This document shows, piece by piece, positions 61,072 through 64,000 of a stretch of DNA of 64,000 nucleotides. The position numbers and the translations under genes are program-made. Source of the DNA: Snowella sp. (lineage in GTDB: Bacteria > Cyanobacteriota > Cyanobacteriia > Cyanobacteriales > Microcystaceae); NCBI GenBank assembly GCA_035285545.1, contig JAYKGY010000128.1, forward strand, positions 1 to 64,000, in the 5' to 3' direction. Within the stretch, counting starts at the first letter, position 1, and every line of letters begins with the position of its first letter. Below the pieces are notes generated by a model that did no database searches, was not told where the DNA came from, and saw only the letters and a program-made list of their open reading frames with translations.

Positions 61072-63552
61072 TTACTTTTTCAACAAGGGCGATAGGGTTT
61101 GCCAGGCGGAGAGGAATCTACCTTGCATAAAGAAGGAAATTCCATAAAGGGCATTAATTTCTAAGTTATCAGGCGCAAGTTTTAATGCAGGTTCTAGGGC
61201 TAATTCTCCGGCTCGTCCTTGCCAATCGTAGAGATAGACAAAGGCCAAATAGGCATGGGAATAGGGATTATGGGGATCGAGTTTGACTAAAGATTGTAAA
61301 GCCGCGATCGCGGATTGGGGATTTTGCTGCAACACCCTGGCTAAGACCTGAGCATAAGACCAGTTAACGGCTTCGGGGGGATTTTGGCTTAACCGATAGG
61401 ATAGGGACGCATCGACTTGTTTGAGATAATTTTGAGTGGGATCATACACATTTAGCCGATCCACTTTTTGGAAAACGGGATCAAGACCCTTAACACCTTT
61501 GGGTAAATTGAGAGCTAACTGCCGCAATTGGGTCACAAAATCTAATTCGGGAGCCGCTACGGTTGGTGCATTCTTATTTAAAATAATTTTTGTTTCAGGA
61601 ATAGCAATGCTCTGGGTTTTTCCGGTTTGATAATCTAAATATTCGGCCTTAAGTTGATATTCTCCATCGGGCAAATTATCTGTCGGTAACATCGCCGTAT
61701 TTTCGATGACTTCTAATCCCTGATCAGGTTGACTCGGTTTGATTAATTTACCGAAACCAACCGCATGATCATGGATCCAATATTTTTCGGGATTACTTAC
61801 CGATTGCCAAGTTAATAAAATTAAACCAGAGGTTAAATCTTTCCCCGATCCTGACCATTGATAAGTAACCGGAACCGCCTTTCCTGGGGGAACCTGACTA
61901 GGAATTTGGACGGAATTAAGTTGGATAGAACTAACAGAATTAGGTAACGCCTTAACCGTAACAGGTAAGATTTTTCGATGGAATAATTTCAGGGTACTTT
62001 GATCAGGTAATTGCCAACTCTTAACGGTTTGAAAATTAGGATCGGTGTCTAAGGTTTTGCCAAAATCCAGTTGAGGTTCCCTGGCGTGTAAATTATCTCC
62101 CGTTTTTGTAATAAACCAATCGAATGACTGGCTATCTTTGGCGACTATTTCAGGCATTGTCCCTAATTCACGTCCGTAAACTTGAAAGTTTTGTAAGGCT
62201 CCAAAATAATTGAGAGTATTGGGATTAATCGAATCGGTATTAGGAATCACCCCTAAAGTTCCAATTTGATAAGGCGTGGTTTCAATAACGGTTTTGACTA
62301 ATTCAGTATTAGGAACAGGTTGACCGAGATAGGGACGAAAAAGAACGCTAGGCGTTAACGTTTGGCTCAATTGATCACTTCCAGGGATGGGAAATAAATT
62401 CAAAATCATGGCAAAAACCGCGATCGCCAAGGTTCCCCAGCGTACAAATTCCCACCGCGATCGCCAAAGGGTTAAACCATAGGCTAAGAAAATCCCTAAT
62501 ATGGGTAAATAGGGCAAAATATAGCGGCTATCTTTGTTATATAGGGCAGAACAAATCAGATAAGTGCTAATGAAATAAACCCCTAACCAAACTAAACCCG
62601 GTAAAGCATTTTTTCCTGTAATTAATAAGCCTTTGTTGGGGAAACGACCGAGTAAATGTAACAGTAAACCAACAATCGGAACAATTAATAAAACCCAAGA
62701 AGCTGCTAAGGGTAAATCTTTAAAATAATACGTCCACGCCGCTAAAGTATTAACCGCCGGATCGCCTTCCATTGCCGCCGGAATCGCATTAGAATTTTGA
62801 GCCGTACTAAACAAATAAATCCAATTGGTTCGATACCAGGGAAACCAAATAATAATTGAACAAAGGAAGCCAACAAAAAGCTGTAGCAATCTTTCCCATT
62901 GACGCTTAATTAAATAGCTAATTTTTAACCAAGCAATTGGCCCAATCAAATAAAACAAAACACTTTGTTTGGTAAATAATCCTAACCCTAAACAAAGTCC
63001 AAAAATAATAGCAAAAATCCATTGATTTCGTCGTGTCTTTGCTACTTTCCACAGAGTTAAAACAGCAAAACAAGTAATAGTAATCGCTAACAGGGGATTA
63101 TCTAACAAAAATTGCAATCGAGTTTGATAAATGCGAGGAAGTAAAACAGAAAATGCTGCCCCCCACAAGCCAATTTCTGCATTAAATAAGGTTTTACCAA
63201 TTAAATAAACGAAGAAGATTAAAACCGCACTATAAACTAATCCCGTTAATAAAGCTTGATCATTTCCTGTTCCAAAAATTTGCTGAAAAGGAACACTCAT
63301 TAAATAGGTCAAAGGCGGATATTTGGTCGATAACATCCAAAATTGTCGCCACCAGTCTCCATTGAAAAAATCAGGATTTTGTAACGCTCTTAGATATTCC
63401 AACGCAAACGTTAAATGATTGCTTTGATCCCAAGCCGGAACCGATTGATCCAACGCCAACCAGACGCGATCGCAAAGATTACTGATTAACCAAATCAGCC
63501 CTAAAAATAACCCTATTTGCGGATTGGTGAGATTTTTTTGCGGTTCCTTCAT
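61072..63552 (-). CDS. GT-C fold (ArnT/PMT-like) membrane glycosyltransferase with C-terminal TPR-like region
   Basis: PAWDQSNH, KYPPL, many TM helices, NKDSRY; C-terminal helical repeats (DPHNPYSHAYLA). Confidence 0.82.
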   Translation of the reverse strand: MKEPQKNLTNPQIGLFLGLIWLISNLCDRVWLALDQSVPAWDQSNHLTFALEYLRALQNPDFFNGDWWRQFWMLSTKYPPLTYLMSVPFQQIFGTGNDQALLTGLVYSAVLIFFVYLIGKTLFNAEIGLWGAAFSVLLPRIYQTRLQFLLDNPLLAITITCFAVLTLWKVAKTRRNQWIFAIIFGLCLGLGLFTKQSVLFYLIGPIAWLKISYLIKRQWERLLQLFVGFLCSIIIWFPWYRTNWIYLFSTAQNSNAIPAAMEGDPAVNTLAAWTYYFKDLPLAASWVLLIVPIVGLLLHLLGRFPNKGLLITGKNALPGLVWLGVYFISTYLICSALYNKDSRYILPYLPILGIFLAYGLTLWRSRWEFVRWGTLAIAVFAMILNLFPIPGSDQLSQTLTPSVLFRPYLGQPVPNTELVKTVIETTPYQIGTLGVIPNTDSINPNTLNYFGALQNFQVYGRELGTMPEIVAKDSQSFDWFITKTGDNLHAREPQLDFGKTLDTDPNFQTVKSWQLPDQSTLKLFHRKILPVTVKALPNSVSSIQLNSVQIPSQVPPGKAVPVTYQWSGSGKDLTSGLILLTWQSVSNPEKYWIHDHAVGFGKLIKPSQPDQGLEVIENTAMLPTDNLPDGEYQLKAEYLDYQTGKTQSIAIPETKIILNKNAPTVAAPELDFVTQLRQLALNLPKGVKGLDPVFQKVDRLNVYDPTQNYLKQVDASLSYRLSQNPPEAVNWSYAQVLARVLQQNPQSAIAALQSLVKLDPHNPYSHAYLAFVYLYDWQGRAGELALEPALKLAPDNLEINALYGISFFMQGRFLSAWQTLSPLLKK

Positions 63553-63610
63553 AGCTATGCTTTAATTAAAAATCGTAATGTCCAAATGCTAGGCAAAATA
63601 GGGAAAATTA

Positions 63611-64000
63611 ATGTTAGGACAACGTAATCCTGTACTTTTAGTGCATGGAATTTATGACACCGTTTCTAAGTTTAATGCACTAACCGCCTACCTCCATCAA
63701 TTCGGGTGGTCAGTTCATCGTCTAAATCTTACGCCCAATGACGGCTCTGCCCCATTAAATGAGTTAGCAAAACAAGTAGCCGAGTATATTGAAACGCATT
63801 TTTCCCCTGAGCAAGCGATCGATCTCTTGGGCTTTAGCATGGGCGGCTTAGTCACCCGCTACTATCTACAACGTCTTGGGGGAGTGAAACGGGTTCAACG
63901 CTACATAACGATTTCTGCACCGAATTACGGAACCTTAATGGCTTATCCCTTACCTTTGCCTGGAATTCGACAAATGCGGATGAATAGTCTTTTTTTGCAA
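63611..64000 (+). CDS. Alpha/beta hydrolase (lipase-like), truncated by the window end; absent from the supplied ORF track
   Basis: Manual translation MLGQRNPVLLVHGIYDT...DLLGFSMGGLVTRYY: HG oxyanion motif and GxSxG. Confidence 0.88.
   Translation, partial: MLGQRNPVLLVHGIYDTVSKFNALTAYLHQFGWSVHRLNLTPNDGSAPLNELAKQVAEYIETHFSPEQAIDLLGFSMGGLVTRYYLQRLGGVKRVQRYITISAPNYGTLMAYPLPLPGIRQMRMNSLFLQ

Larger units (their letters stand above)
1..64000. repeat. HIP1 octamer (GCGATCGC) dispersed throughout the window
   Basis: Dozens of copies in coding and intergenic DNA (e.g. 30450, 31175, 31252, 31780, 31842); hallmark of many cyanobacterial genomes. Confidence 0.95.

Noticed and set aside
1..64000. rRNA, tRNA, CRISPR arrays, transposases, integrases, prophage genes
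   Set aside because: None recognised by eye; small structured RNAs cannot be excluded without a covariance-model search

Overview
Chromosomal segment of a unicellular cyanobacterium, probably Synechocystis/Microcystaceae-like (inferred from dense HIP1 octamers GCGATCGC and cyanobacterial marker genes such as sipA, hoxW, atx1 and a group 2 sigma factor). It is mostly housekeeping: mntCAB, surE, pheS, A-adding tRNA nucleotidyltransferase, ppa, rsmI, larB, codA, ilvN, a HtrA/Deg protease, trmB, sigB, glyQ, hfq, sigG with its anti-sigma, tldD and ABC transporter parts. Small accessory inserts are scattered among these. The most notable are: (1) a 647-aa DUF4209/HEPN-motif protein with a C-terminal antitoxin-like tail, translationally coupled to a PIN/VapC gene (candidate defence or guard module); (2) an island of HIP1/REP-bounded cassettes with an orphan HEPN-like gene and a DUF4160-DUF2442 pair carrying a nonsense change; (3) three small secreted proteins including a PliG-like lysozyme inhibitor; (4) a pseudo-REC/degenerate GGDEF protein that keeps its RxxD I-site. 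Regulatory motifs (ManR boxes, an NtcA-type promoter, an 11-bp-period operator) and REP/REPIN-like repeats were read by eye. I saw no rRNA, tRNA, CRISPR array or transposase. All family calls come from motif recognition, not database searches.
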